The position numbers and the translations under genes are program-made. Positions 25,921 to 40,900 of a stretch of 64,000 nucleotides of DNA are shown piece by piece; position 1 is the first letter of the stretch, and each line of letters starts with the position of its first letter. The notes under the pieces are model-generated. The model worked only from the letters and a program-made list of their open reading frames with translations. It searched no databases and was not told the DNA's origin. The stretch comes from Octopus sinensis (taxonomy: Eukaryota). The stretch is from the NCBI RefSeq assembly GCF_006345805.1, contig NC_043023.1:16864001-16928000 (forward strand), read 5' to 3'.

Positions 25921-28900
25921 TCGTGTAATCTACGCCGTTGAAAACACATATCTCTTAAGTATTGCATTAAAAAGCAAAGGAAAGGGACAACTTCTTCCTG
26001 AGCGGAAGCAACACTGCGTTTTTGAGCATTTATGCCTACCCTGATGCAGAATATAATGAGCTTCATTCCGTGGCCGGAGAGCAGTACCCTTAATTGTTAC
26101 GATGCAACTTTTTAGAAGGATTTCATTACCAAAACGCATTATTACTGGTAATGTATACAACATCTATAATTCTGCATTTGCCCGTGGCCTGTCTATGATC
26201 GGGTAATCTACGCCGTTGAAAACACATATCTCTTAAGCATTTCATTAAAAAGCAAAGGAAAGGGACAACTTCTTCCTGAGCGGAAGCAACAGTGGGCTTT
26301 TGAGCATTTATGCCTACACTGATGCAGAATATAATGAGCTTCAATCCGTGGCCGGAGAGCAGTACCCTTAATTGTTACGATGCAACTTTTTAGAAGGATT
26401 TCATTACCAAAACGCATTATTACTGGTAATGTATACAACATCTATAATTCTGCATTTGTCTGTGGCCTGTCTATGATCGTGTAATCTATGCCGTTGAAAA
26501 CACATATCTCTAAAGTATTTCATTAAAAAGCAAAGGAAAGGGACAACTTCTTCCTGAGCGGAAGCAACAGTGGGTTTTTGAGCATTTATGCCTACCCTGA
26601 TGCAGAATATAATGAGCTTCAATCCGTGGCCGGAGAGCAGTACCCTTAATTGTTACGATGCAACTTTTTAGAAGGATTTCATTACCAAAACGCATTATTA
26701 CTGGTAATGTATACAACGTCTATAATTCTGCATTTGCCCGTGACCTGTCTATGATCGTGTATCTATCTACGCCGTTGAAAACACATATCTCTTAAGCATT
26801 TCATTAAAAAGCAAAGGAAAGGGACAACTTCTTCCTGAGCGGAAGCCAGTGGGTTTTTGAGCATTTATGCCTACCCTGATGCAGAATATAATGAGCTTCA
26901 ATCTCCGTGGCCGGAGAGCAGTACCCTTAATTGTTACGATGCAACTTTTTAGAAGGATTTCATTACCAAAACGCATTATTACTGGTAATGTATACAACAT
27001 CTATAATTCTGCATTTGCCCGTGACCTGTCTATGATCGTGTAATCTACGCCGTTGAAAACACATATCTCTTAAGCATTTCATGAAAAAGCAAAGGAAAGG
27101 GACAACTTCTTCCTGAGCGGAAGCAACAGTGGGTTTTTGAGCATTTATGCCTACCCTGATGCAGAATATAATGAGCTTCATTCCGTGGCCGGAGAGCAGT
27201 ACCCTTAATTGTTACAATGCAACTTTTTAGAAGGATTTCATTCCCAAAACGCATTATTACTGGTAATGTATACAACATCTATAATTCTGCATTTGCCCGT
27301 GGCCTGTCTAAGATCGGGTAATCTACGCCGTTGAAAACACATATCTCTTAAGTATTTCATTAAAAAGCAAAGGAAAGGGACAACTTCTTCCTGAGCAGAG
27401 GCAACAGTGGGTTTTTGAGCATTTATGCCTACCCTGATGCAGAATATAATGAGCTTCATTCCGTGGCCGGAGAGCAGTACCCTTAATTGTTACGATGCAA
27501 CTCTTTAGAAGGATTTCATTCCCAAAACGCATTATTACTGGTAATGTATACAACATCTATAATTCTGCATTTGCCCGTGGCCTGTCTAAGATCGGGTAAT
27601 CTACGCCGTTGAAAACACATATCTCTTAAGTATTTCATTAAAAAGCAAAGGAATGGGACAACTCCTTCCTGAGCGGAAGCAACAGTGGGTTTTAGAGCAT
27701 TTATGCCTACCCTGATGCAGAATATAATGAGCTTCATTCCGTGTCCGGAGAGCAGTACCCTTAATTGTTACAATGCAACTTTTTAGAAGGATTTCATTAA
27801 CAAAACGCATTATTACTGGTAATGTATACAACATCTATAATTCTGCATTTGCCCGTGGCCTGTCTAAGATCGGGTAATCTACGCCGTTGAAAACACATAT
27901 CTCTTAAGTATTTCATTAAAAAGCAAAGGAAAGGGACAACTTCTTCCTGAGCGGAAGCAACAGTGGGTTTTTGAGCATTTATGCCTACCCTGATGCAGAA
28001 TATAATGAGCTTCATTCCGTGGCCGGAGAGCAGTACCCTTAATTGTTACGATGCAACTTTTTAGAAGGATTTCATTCCCAAAACGCATTATTGCTGGTAA
28101 TGTATACAACATCTAGAACTCTACATTTGCCCGTGGCCTGTCTATGATCGTGTAATCTACGCCGTTGAAAACACATATCTCTTAAGTATTTCATTAAAAA
28201 GCAAAGGAAAGTGACAACTTCTTCCTGAGCGGAAGCAACAGTGGGTTTTTGAGCATTTATGCCTACCCTGATGCAGAATATAATGAGCTTCATCCCGTAG
28301 CCGGAGAGCAGTACCCTTAATTGTTACGATGCAACTCTTTAGAAGGATTTCATTCCCAAAACGCATTATTACTGGTAATGTATACAACATCTATAATTCT
28401 GCATTTGCCCGTGGCCTGTCTATGATCGGGTAATCTACGCCGTTGAAAACACATATCTCTTAAGTATTTCATTAAAAAGCAAAGGAATGGGACAACTCCT
28501 TCCTGAGCGGAAGCAACAGTGGGTTTTAGAGCATTTATGCCTACCCTGATGCAGAATATAATGAGCTTCATTCGTGTCCGGAGAGCAGTACCCTTAATTG
28601 TTACAATGCAACTTTTTAGAAGGATTTCATTAACAAAACGCATTATTACTGGTAATGTATACAACATCTATAATTCTGCATTTGCCCGTGGCCTGTCTAA
28701 GATCGGGTAATCTACGCCGTTGAAAACACATATCTCTTAAGTATTTCATTAAAAAGCAAAGGAAAGGGACAACTTCTTCCTGAGCGGAAGCAACAGTGGG
28801 TTTTTGAGCATTTATGCCTACCCTGATGCAGAATATAATGAGCTTCATTCCGTGGCCGGAGAGCAGTACCCTTAATTGTTACGATGCAACTTTTAGAAGG

Positions 28901-31900
28901 ATTTCATTCCCAAAACGCATATTATTGCTGGTAATGTATACAACATCTAGAACTCTACATTTGCCCGTGGCCTGTCTATGATCGTGTAATCTACGCCGTT
29001 GAAAACACATATCTCTTAAGTATTTCATTAAAAAGCAAAGGAAAGTGACAACTTCTTCCTGAGCGGAAGCAACAGTGGGTTTTTGAGCATTTATGCCTAC
29101 CCTGATGCAGAATATAATGAGCTTCATCCCGTAGCCGGAGAGCAGTACCCTTAATTGTTACGATGCAACTTTTTAGAAGGATTTCATTCCCAAAACGCAT
29201 TATTACTGGTAATGTATACAACATCTATAATTCTGCATTTGCCCGTGGCCTGTCTATGATCGTGTAATCTACGCCGTTGAAAACACATATCTCTTAAGTA
29301 TTTCATTAAAAAGCAAAGGAAAGGGACAACTTCTTCGTGAGCGGAAGCAACAGTGGGTTTTTGAGCATTTATGCCTACCCTGATGCAGAATATAATGAGC
29401 TTCATCCCGTAGCCGGAGAGCAGTACCCTTAATTGTTACGATGCAACTTTTTAGAAGGATTTCATTCCCAAAACGCATTATTACTGGTAATGTATACAAC
29501 ATCTATAATTCTGCATTTGCCCGTGGCCTGTCTATGATCGTGTAATCTACGCCGTTGAAAACACATATCTCTTAAGTATTTCAATAAAAAGCAAAGGAAT
29601 GGGACAACTCCTTCCTGAGCGGAAGCAACAGTGGTTTTTAGAGCATTTATGCCTACCCTGATGCAGAATATAATGAGCTTCATTCCGTGGCCGGAGAGCA
29701 GTACCCTTAATTGTTACAATGCAACTTTTTAGAAGGATTTCATTCCCAAAACGCATTATTACTGGTAATGTATACAACATCTATAATTCTGCATTTGCCC
29801 ATGGCCTGTCTAAGATCGGGTAATCTACGCCGTTGAAAACACATATCTCTTAAGTATTTCATTAAAAAGCAAAGGAATGGGACAACTCCTTCCTGAGCGG
29901 AAGCAACAGTGGGTTTTAGAGCATTTATGCCTACCCTGATGCAGAATATAATGAGCTTCATTCCGTGGCCGGAGAGCAGTACCCTTAATTGTTACGATGC
30001 AACTCTTTAGAAGGATTTCATTCCCAAAACGCATTATTACTGGTAATGTATACAACATCTATAATTCTGCATTTGCCCGTGGCCTGTCTAAGATCGGGTA
30101 ATCTACGCCGTTGAAAACACATATCCTTAAGTATTTCATTAAAAAGCAAAGAAAGGGACAACTTCTTCCTGAGCGAGGCAACTGTGGGTTTTAGAGCATT
30201 TATGCCTACCCTGATGCAGAATATAATGAGCTTCATTCCGTGGCCGGAGAGCAGTACCCTTAATTGTTACGATGCAACTCTTTAGAAGGATTTCATTCCC
30301 AAAACGCATTATTACTGGTAATGTATACAACATCTATAATTCTGCATTTGCCCGTGGCCTGTCTATGATCGGGTAATCTACGCCGTTGAAAACACATATC
30401 TCTTAAGTATTTCATTAAAAAGCAAAGGAATGGGACAACTCCTTCCTGAGCGGAAGCAACAGTGGGTTTTAGAGCATTTATGCCTACCCTGATGCAGAAT
30501 ATAATGAGCTTCATTCCGTGTCCGGAGAGCAGTACCCTTAATTGTTACAATGCAACTTTTTAGAAGGATTTCATTAACAAAACGCATTATTACTGGTAAT
30601 GTATACAACATCTATAATTCTGCATTTGCATTTGCCGTGGCCTGTCTAAGATCGGGTAATCTACGCCGTTGAAAACATATCTCTTAAGTATTTCATTAAA
30701 AAGCAAAGGAAAGGGACAACTTCTTCCTGAGCGGAAGCAACAGTGGGTTTTTGAGCATTTATGCCTACCCTGATGCAGAATATAATGAGCTTCATTCCGT
30801 GGCCGGAGAGCAGTACCCTTAATTGTTACGATGCAACTTTTAGAAGGATTTCATTCCCAAACGCATTATTACTGGTAATGTATACAACATCTATAATTCT
30901 GCATTTGCCCGTGGCCTGTCTATGATTGTGTAATCTACGCCGTTGAAAACACATATCTCTTAAGTATTTCATTAAAAAGCAAAGGAATGGGACAACTCCT
31001 TCCTGAGCGGAAGCAACAGTGGGTTTTAGAGCATTTATGCCTACCCTGATGCAGAATATAATGAGCTTCATTCCGTGGCCGGAGAGCAGTACCCTTAATT
31101 GTTACAATGCAACTTTTTAGAAGGATTTCATTCCCAAAACGCATTATTACTGGTAATGTATACAACATCTATAATTCTGCATTTGCCCATGGCCTGTCTA
31201 AGATCGGGTAATCTACGCCGTTGAAAACACATATCTCTTAAGTATTTCATTAAAAAGCAAAGGAAGGGACAACTTCTTCGTGAGCGGAAGCAACAGTGGG
31301 TTTTTGAGCATTTATGCCTACCCTGATGCAGAATATAATGAGCTTCATTCCGTGGCCGGAGAGCAGTACCCTTAATTGTTACGATGCAACTCTTTAGAAG
31401 GATTTCATTCCCAAAACGCATTATTACTGGTAATGTATACAACATCTATAATCTGCATTTGCCCGTGGCCTGTCTATGATCGGGTAATCTACGCCGTTGA
31501 AAACACATATCTCTTAAGTATTTCATTAAAAAGCAAAGGAAGGGACAACTCCTTCCTGAGCGGAAGCAACAGTGGTTTTTAGAGCATTTATGCCTACCCT
31601 GATGCAGAATATAATGAGCTTCATACCGTGGCGGAGAGCAGTACCCTTAATTGTTACGATGCAACTTTTTAGAAGGATTTCATTCCCAAACGCATTATTA
31701 CTGGTAATGTATACAACATCTATAATTCTGCATTTGCCCGTGGCCTGTCTATGATCGGGTAATCTACGCCGTTGAAAACACATATCTCTTAAGTATTTCA
31801 TTAAAAAGCAAAGGAATGGGACAACTCCTTCCTGAGCGGAAGCAACAGTGGGTTTTAGAGCATTTATGCCTACCCTGATGCAGAATATAATGAGCTTCAT

Positions 31901-34900
31901 TCCGTGGCCGGAGAGCAGTACCCTTAATTGTTACAATGCAACTTTCTAGAAGGATTTCATTCCCAAAACGCATTATTACTGGTAATGTATACAACATCTA
32001 TAATTCTGCATTTGCCCGTGGCCTGTCTAGATCGGGTAATCTACGCCGCCGTTGAAAACACATATCTCTTAAGTATTTCATTAAAAAGCAAAGGAAAGGG
32101 ACAACTTCTTCCTGAGCGGAAGCAACAGTGGGTTTTTGAGCATTTATGCCTACCCTGATGCAGAATATAATGAGCTTCATTCCGTGGCCGGAGAGCAGTA
32201 CCCTTAATTGTTACGATGCAACTTTTTAGAAGGATTTCATTCCCAAAACGCATTATTACTGGTAATGTATACAACATATATAATTCTGCATTTGCCCGTG
32301 GCCTGTCTATGATCGGGTAATCTACGCCGTTGAAAACACATATCTCTTAAGTATTTCATTAAAAAGCAAAGGAAAGGGACAACTTCCTGAGCGGAAGCAA
32401 CAGTGGGTTTTTGAGCATTTATGCCTACCCTGATGCAGAATATAATGAGCTTCATTCCGTGGCCGGAGAGCAGTACCCTTAATTGTTACGATGCAACTTT
32501 TTAGAAGGATTTCATTCCCAAAACGCATTATTGCTGGTAATGTATACAACATCTATAATTCTGCATTTGCCCGTGGCCTGTCTATGATCGGGTAATCTAC
32601 GCCGTTGAAAACACATATCTCTTAAGTATTTCATTAAAAAGCAAAGGAAAGGGACAACTTCTTCCTGAGCGGAAGCAACAGTGGTTTTTGAGCATTTATG
32701 CCTACCCTGATGCAGAATATAATGAGCTTCATCCCGTAGCCGGAGAGCAGTACCCTTAATTGTTACGATGCAACTTTTTAGAAGGATTTCATTCCCAAAA
32801 CGCATTATTACTGGTAATGTATACAACATCTATAATTCTGCATTTGCCCGTGGCCTGTCTATGATCGGGTAATCTACGCCGTTGAAACACATATCTCTTA
32901 AGTATTTCATTAAAAAGCAAAGGAAAGGGACAACTTCTTCGTGAGCGGAAGCAACAGTGGGTTTTTGAGCATTTATGCCTACCCTGATGCAGAATATAAT
33001 GAGCTTCATTCCGTGGCCGGAGGGCAGTACCCTTAATTGTTACGATGCAACTTTTTAGAAGGATTTCATTCCCAAAACGCATTATTACTGGTAATGTATA
33101 CAACATCTATAATTCTGCATTTGCCCGTGGCCTGTCTATGATCGGGTAATCTACGCCGTTGAAAAACACATATCTCTTAAGTATTTCATTAAAAAGCAAA
33201 GGAATGGGACAACTCCTTCCTGAGCGGAAGCAACAGTGGGTTTTAGAGCATTTATGCCTACCCTGATGCAGAATATAATGAGCTTCAATCCGTGGCCGGA
33301 GAGCAGTACCCTTAATTGTTACAATGCAACTTTTAGAAGGATTTCATTCCCAAAACGCATTATTACTGGTAATGTATGCAACATCTATAATTCTGCATTT
33401 GCCCGTGGCCTGTCTATGATCGGGTAATCTACGCCGTTGAAAACACATATCTCTTAAGTATTTCATTAAAAAGCAAAGGAAAGGGACAACTTCTTCCTGA
33501 GCGGAAGCAACAGTGGCGTTTTTGAGCATTTATGCCTACCCTGATGCAGAATATAATGAGCTTCATTCCGTGGCCGGAGAGCAGTACCCTTAATTGTTAC
33601 GATGCAACTTTTTAGAAGGATTTCATTCCCAAAACGCATTATTATGGTAATGTATACAACATCTATAATTCTGCATTTGCCCGTGGCCTGTCTATGATCG
33701 GGTAATCTACGCCGTTGAAAACACATATCTCTTAAGTATTTCATTAAAAAGCAAAGGAAGGGACAACTCCTTCCTGAGCGGAAGCAACAGTGGGTTTTAG
33801 AGCATTTATGCCTACCCTGATGCAGAATATAATGAGCTTCAATCCGTGGCCGGAGAGCAGTACCCTTAATTGTTACAATGCAACTTTTAGAAGGATTTCA
33901 TTCCCAAAACGCATTATTACTGGTAATTTATGACAACATCTATAATTCTGCATTTGCCCGTGGCCTGTCTATGATCGGGTAATCTACGCCGTTGAAAACA
34001 CATATCTCTTAAGTATTTCATTAAAAAGCAAAGGAAAGGGACAACTTCTTCCTGAGCGGAAGCAACAGTGGGTTTTTGAGCATTTATGCCTACCCTGATG
34101 CAGAATATAATGAGCTTCATTCCGTGGCCGGAGAGCAGTACCCTTAATTGTTACGATGCAACTTTTTAGAAGGATTTCATTCCCAAAACGCATTATTGCT
34201 GGTAATGTATACAACATCTATAATTCTGCATTTGCCCGTGGCCTGTCTATGATCGGGTAATCTACGCCGTTGAAAACACATATCTCTTAAGTATTTCATT
34301 AAAAAGCAAAGGAAAGGGACAACTTCTTCCTGAGCGGAAGCAACAGTGGGTTTTTGAGCATTTATGCCTACCCTGATGCAGAATATAATGAGCTTCATCC
34401 CGTAGCCGGAGAGCAGTACCCTTAATTGTTACGATGCAACTTTTTAGAAGGATTTCATTCCAAAAACGCATTATTACTGGTAATGTATACAACATCTATA
34501 ATTCTGCATTTGCCGTGGCCTGTCTATGATCGGGTAATCTACGCCGTTGAAAACACATATCTCTTAGTATTTCATTAAAAAGCAAAGGAAAGGGACAACT
34601 TCTTCGTGAGCGGAAGCAACAGTGGGTTTTTGAGGATTTATGCCTACCCTGATGCAGAATATAATGAGCTTCATTCCGTGCCGGAGAGCAGTACCCTTAA
34701 TTGTTACGATGCAACTTTTTAGAAGGATTTCATTCCCAAAACGCATTATTACTGGTAATGTATACAACATCTATAATTCTGCATTTGCCCGTGGCCTGTC
34801 TATGATCGGGTAATCTACGCCGTTGAAAAACACATATCTCTTAAGTATTTCATTAAAAAGCAAAGGAAGGGACAACTTCTTCCTGAGCGGAAGCAACAGT

Positions 34901-37900
34901 GGGTTTTTGAGCATTTATGCCTACCCTGATGCAGAATATAATGAGCTTCATCCCGTGGCCGGAGAGCAGTACCCTTAATTGTTACGATGCAACTTTTTAG
35001 AAGGATTTCATTCCCAAAACGCATTATTACTGGTAATGTATACAATCTATAATTCTGCATTTGCCCGTGGCCTGTCTATGATCGGGTAATCTACGCCGGT
35101 TGAAAACACATATCTCTTAAGTATTTCATTAAAAAGCAAAGGAAAGGGACAACTTCTTCGTGAGCGGAAGCAACAGTGGGTTTTTGAGCATTTATGCCTA
35201 CCCTGATGCAGAATATAATGAGCTTCATTCCGTGGCCGGAGGGCAGTACCCTTAATTGTTACGATGCAACTTTTTAGAAGGATTTCATTCCCAAAACGCA
35301 TTATTACTGGTAATGTATACAACATCTATAATTCTGCATTTGCCCGTGGCCTGTCTATGATCGGGTAATCTACGCCGTTGAAAACACATATCTCTTAAGT
35401 ATTTCATTAAAAAGCAAAGGAATGGGACAACTCCTTCCTGAGCGGAAGCAACAGTGGGTTTTAGAGCATTTATGCCTACCCTGATGCAGAATATAATGAG
35501 CTTCAACCGTGGCCGGAGAGCAGTACCCTTAATTGTTACAATGCAACTTTTTAGAAGGATTTCATTCCCAAAACGCATTATTGCTGGTAATGTATACAAC
35601 ATCTATAATTCTGCATTTGCCCGTGGCCTGTCTATGATCGGGTAATCTACGCCGTTGAAAACACATATCTCTTAAGTATTTCATTAAAGTGCAAAGGAAA
35701 GGGACAACTTCTTCCTGAGCGGAAGCAACAGTGGGTTTTTGAGCATTTATGCCTACCCTGATGCAGAATATAATGAGCTTCATCCCGTGGCCGGAGAGAG
35801 AGTACCCTTAATTGTTACGATGCAACTTTTTAGAAGGATTTCATTCCAAAAACGCATTATTACTGGTAATGTATACAACATCTATAATTCTGCATTTGCC
35901 CGTGGCCTGTCTATGATCGGGTAATCTACGCCGTTGAAAACACATATCTCTTAAGTATTTCATTAAAAAGCAAAGGAAAGGGACAACTTCTTCGTGAGCG
36001 GAAGCAACAGTGGTTTTTGAGCATTTATGCCTACCCTGATGCAGAATATAATGAGCTTCATCCCGTAGCCGGAGAGCAGTACCCTTAATTGTTACGATGC
36101 AACTTTTTAGAAGGATTTCATTCCAAAAACGCATTATTACTGGTAATGTATACAACATCTATAATTCTGCATTTGCCCGTGGCCTGTCTATGATCGGGTA
36201 ATCTACGCCGTTGAAAACACATATCTCTTAAGTATTTCATTAAAAAGCAAAGGAAAGGAAAGGGACAACTTCTTCCTGAGCGGAAGCAACAGTGCGTTTT
36301 TGAGCATTTATGCCTACCCTGATGCAGAATATAATGAGCTTCATTCCGTGGCCGGAGAGCAGTACCCTTAATTGTTACGATGCAACTTTTTAGAAGGATT
36401 TCATTCCCAAAACGCATTATTGCTGGTAATGTATACAACATCTATAATTCTGCATTTGCCCGTGGCCTGTCTATGATCGGGTAATCTACGCCGTTGAAAA
36501 CACATATCTCTTAAGTATTTCATTAAAAAGCAAAGGAAAGGGACAACTTCTTCCTGAGCGGAAGCAACAGTGGGTTTTTGAGCATTTATGCCTACCCTGA
36601 TGCAGAATATAATGAGCTTCATCCGTAGCCGGAGAGCAGTACCCTTAATTGTTACGATGCAACTTTTTAGAAGGATTTCATTCCAAAAACGCATTATTAC
36701 TGGTAATGTATACAACATCTATAATTCTGCATTTGCCCGTGGCCTGTCTATGATCGGGTAATCTACGCCGTTGAAAACACATATCTCTTAAGTATTTCAT
36801 TAAAAAGCAAAGGAAAGGGACAACTTCTTCCTGAGCGGAAGCAACAGTGCGTTTTTGAGCATTTATGCCTACCCTGATGCAGAATATAATGAGCTTCATC
36901 CCGTAGCCGGAGAGCAGTACCTTAATTGTTACGATGCAACTTTTAGAAGGATTTCATTCCCAAAACGCATTATTACTGGTAATGTATACAACATCTATAA
37001 TTCTGCATTTGCCCGTGGCCTGTCTATGATCGGGTAATCTACGCCGTTGAAAACACATATCTCTTAAGTATTTCATTAAAAAGCAAAGGAAAGGGACAAC
37101 TTCTTCCTGAGCGGAAGCAACAGTGGGTTTTTGAGCATTTATGCCTACCCTGATGCAGAATATAATGAGCTTCATCCCGTAGCCGGAGAGCAGTACCCTT
37201 AATTGTTACGATGCAACTTTTTAGAAGGATTTCATTCCCAAAACGCATTATTACTGGTAATGTATACAACATCTATAATTCTGCATTTGCCCGTGGCCTG
37301 TCTATGATCGTGTAATCTACGCCGTTGAAAACATATATCTCTTAAGTATTTCATTAAAAAGCAAAGGAAAGGGACAACTTCTTCCTGAGCGGAAGCAACA
37401 GTGGGTTTTTGAGCATTTATGCCTACCCTGATGCAGAATATAATGAGCTTCATTCCGTGGCCGGAGAGCAGTACCCTTAATTGTTACGATGCAACTTTTT
37501 AGAAGGATTTCATTCCCAAAACGCATTATTGCTGGTAATGTATACAACATCTATAATTCTGCATTTGCCCGTGGCCTGTCTATGATCGGGTAATCTACGC
37601 CGTTGAAAACACATATCTCTTAAGTATTTCATTAAAAAGCAAAGGAAAGGGACAACTTCTTCCTGAGCGGAAGCAACAGTGGGTTTTAGAGCATTTATGC
37701 CTACCCTGATGCAGAATATAATGAGCTTCATCCGTAGCCGGAGAGCAGTACCCTTAATTGTTACGATGCAACTTTTTAGAAGGATTTCATTCCCAAAACG
37801 CATTATTACTGGTAATGTATACAACATCTATAATTCTGCATTTGCCCGTGGCCTGTCTATGATCGGGTAATCTACGCCGTTGAAAACACATATCTCTTAA

Positions 37901-40900
37901 GTATTTCATTAAAAAGCAAAGGAAAGGGACAACTTCTTCGTGAGCGGAAGCAACAGTGGGTTTTTGAGGATTTATGCCTACCCTGATGCAGAATATAATG
38001 AGCTTCATCCGTGCCGGAGGCAGTACCCTTAATTGTTACGATGCAACTTTTTAGAAGGATTTCATTCCCAAAACGCATTATTACTGGTAATGTATACAAC
38101 ATCTATAATTCTGCATTTGCCCGTGGCCTGTCTATGATCGGGTAATCTACGCCGTTGAAAACACATATCTCTTAAGTATTTCATTAAAAAGCAAAGGAAA
38201 GGGACAACTTCTTCCTGAGCGGAAGCAACAGTGGTTTTTGAGCATTTATGCCTACCCTGATGCAGAATATAATGAGCTTCATCCCGTAGCCGGAGAGCAG
38301 TACCCTTAATTGTTACGATGCAACTTTTAGAAGGATTTCATTCCCAAAACGCATTATTACTGGTAATGTATACAACATCTATAATTCTGCATTTGCCCGT
38401 GGCCTGTCTATGATCGTGTAATCTACGCCGTTGAAAACACATATCACTTAAGTATTTCATTAAAAAGCAAAGGAAAGGGACAACTTCTTCCTGAGCGGAA
38501 GCAACAGTGGGTTTTTGAGCATTTATGCCTACCCTGATGCAGAATATAATGAGATCAATCCGTGGCCGGAGGGCAGTACCCTTAATTGTTACGATGCAAC
38601 TTTTTAGAAGGATTTTATTCCCACAAACGCATTATTACTGGTAATGTATACAACATCTATAATTCTGCATTTGCCCGTGGCCTGTCTATGATCGGGTAAT
38701 CTACGCCGTTGAAAACACATATCTCTTAAGTATTTCATTAAAAAGCAAAGGAATGGGACAACTCCTTCCTGAGCGGAAGCAACAGTGGGTTTTAGAGCAT
38801 TTATGCCTACCCTGATGCAGAATATAATGAGCTTCAATCCGTGGCGGAGAGCAGTACCCTTAATTGTTACAATGCAACTTTTAGAAGGATTTCATTCCCA
38901 AAACGCATTATTGCTGGTAATGTATACAACATCTATAATTCTGCATTTGCCCGTGGCCTGTCTATGATCGGGTAATCTACGCCGTTGAAAACACATATCT
39001 CTTAAGTATTTCATTAAAGAGCAAAGGAAAGGGACAACTTCTTCCTGAGCGGAAGCAACAGTGGGTTTTTGAGCATTTATGCCTACCCTGATGCAGAATA
39101 TAATGAGCTTCATCCCGTAGCCGGAGAGCAGTACCCTTAATTGTTACGATGCAACTTTTTAGAAGGATTTCATTCCCAAAACGCATTATTACTGGTAATG
39201 TATACAACATCTATAATTCTGCATTTGCCCGTGGCCTGTCTATGATCGGGTAATCTACGTCCGTTGAAAACACATATCTCTTAAGTATTTCATTAAAAAG
39301 CAAAGGAAAGGGACAACTTCTTCGTGAGCGGAAGCAACAGTGGGTTTTTGAGCATTTATGCCTACCCTGATGCAGAATATAATGAGCTTCATCCCGTAGC
39401 CGGAGAGCAGTACCCTTAATTGTTACGATGCAACTTTTTAGAAGGATTTCATTCCCAAAACGCATTATTACTGGTAATGTATACAACATCTATAATTCTG
39501 CATTTGCCCGTGGCCTGTCTATGATCGTGTAATCTACGCCGTTGAAAACACATATATCACTTAAGTATTTCATTAAAAAGCAAAGGAAAGGGACAACTTC
39601 TTCCTGAGCGGAAGCAACAGTGGGTTTTTGAGCATTTATGCCTACCCTGATGCAGAATATAATGAGCTTCATCCCGTAGCCGGAGAGCAGTACCCTTAAT
39701 TGTTACGATGCAACTTTTAGAAGGATTTCATTCCCAAAACGCATTATTACTGGTAATGTATACAACATCTATAATTCTGCATTTGCCCGTGGCCTGTCTA
39801 TGATCGTGGTAATCTACGCCGTTGAAAAACATATATCACTTAAGTATTTCATTAAAAAGCAAAGGAAAGGGACAACTTCTTCCTGAGCGGAGCGGAAGCA
39901 ACAGTGGGTTTTTGAGCATTTATGCCTACCCTGATGCAGAATATAATGAGATTCAATCCGTGGCCGGAGGGCAGTACCCTTAATTGTTACGATGCAACTT
40001 TTTAGAAGGATTTATCCCCCAAACGCATTATTACTGGTAATGTATACAACATCTATAATTCTGCATTTGCCCGTGGCCTGTCTATGATCGGGTAATCTAC
40101 GCCGTTGAAAACACATATCTCTTAAGTATTTCATTAAAAAGCAAAGGAATGGGACAACTCCTTCCTGAGCGGAAGCAACAGTGGGTTTTAGAGCATTTAT
40201 GCCTACCCTGATGCAGAATATAATGAGCTTCAATCCGTGGCCGGAGAGCAGTACCCTTAATTGTTACAATGCAACTTTTTAGAAGGATTTCATTCCCAAA
40301 ACGCATTATTGCTGGTAATGTATACAACATCTATAATTCTGCATTTGCCCGTGGCCTGTCTATGATCGGGTAATCTACGCCGTTGAAAAACATATCTCTT
40401 AAGTATTTCATTAAAAAGCAAAGGAAAGGGACAACTTCTTCCTGAGCGGAAGCAACAGTGGGTTTTTGAGCATTTATGCCTACCCTGATGCAGAATATAA
40501 TGAGCTTCATCCCGTAGCCGGAGAGCAGTACCCTTAATTGTTACGATGCAACTTTTTAGAAGGATTTCATTCCCAAAACGCATTATTACTGGTAATGTAT
40601 ACAACATCTATAATTCTGCATTTGCCCGTGGCCTGTCTATGATCGGGTAATCTACGTCGTTGAAAACACATATCTCTTAAGTATTTCATTAAAAAGCAAA
40701 GGAAAGGGACAACTTCTTCGTGAGCGGAAGCAACAGTGGGTTTTTGAGCATTTATGCCTACCCTGATGCAGAATATAATGAGCTTCATCCCGTAGCCGGA
40801 GAGCAGTACCCTTAATTGTTACGATGCAACTTTTTAGAAGGATTTCATTCCCAAAACGCATTATTACTGGTAATGTATACAACATCTATAATTCTGCATT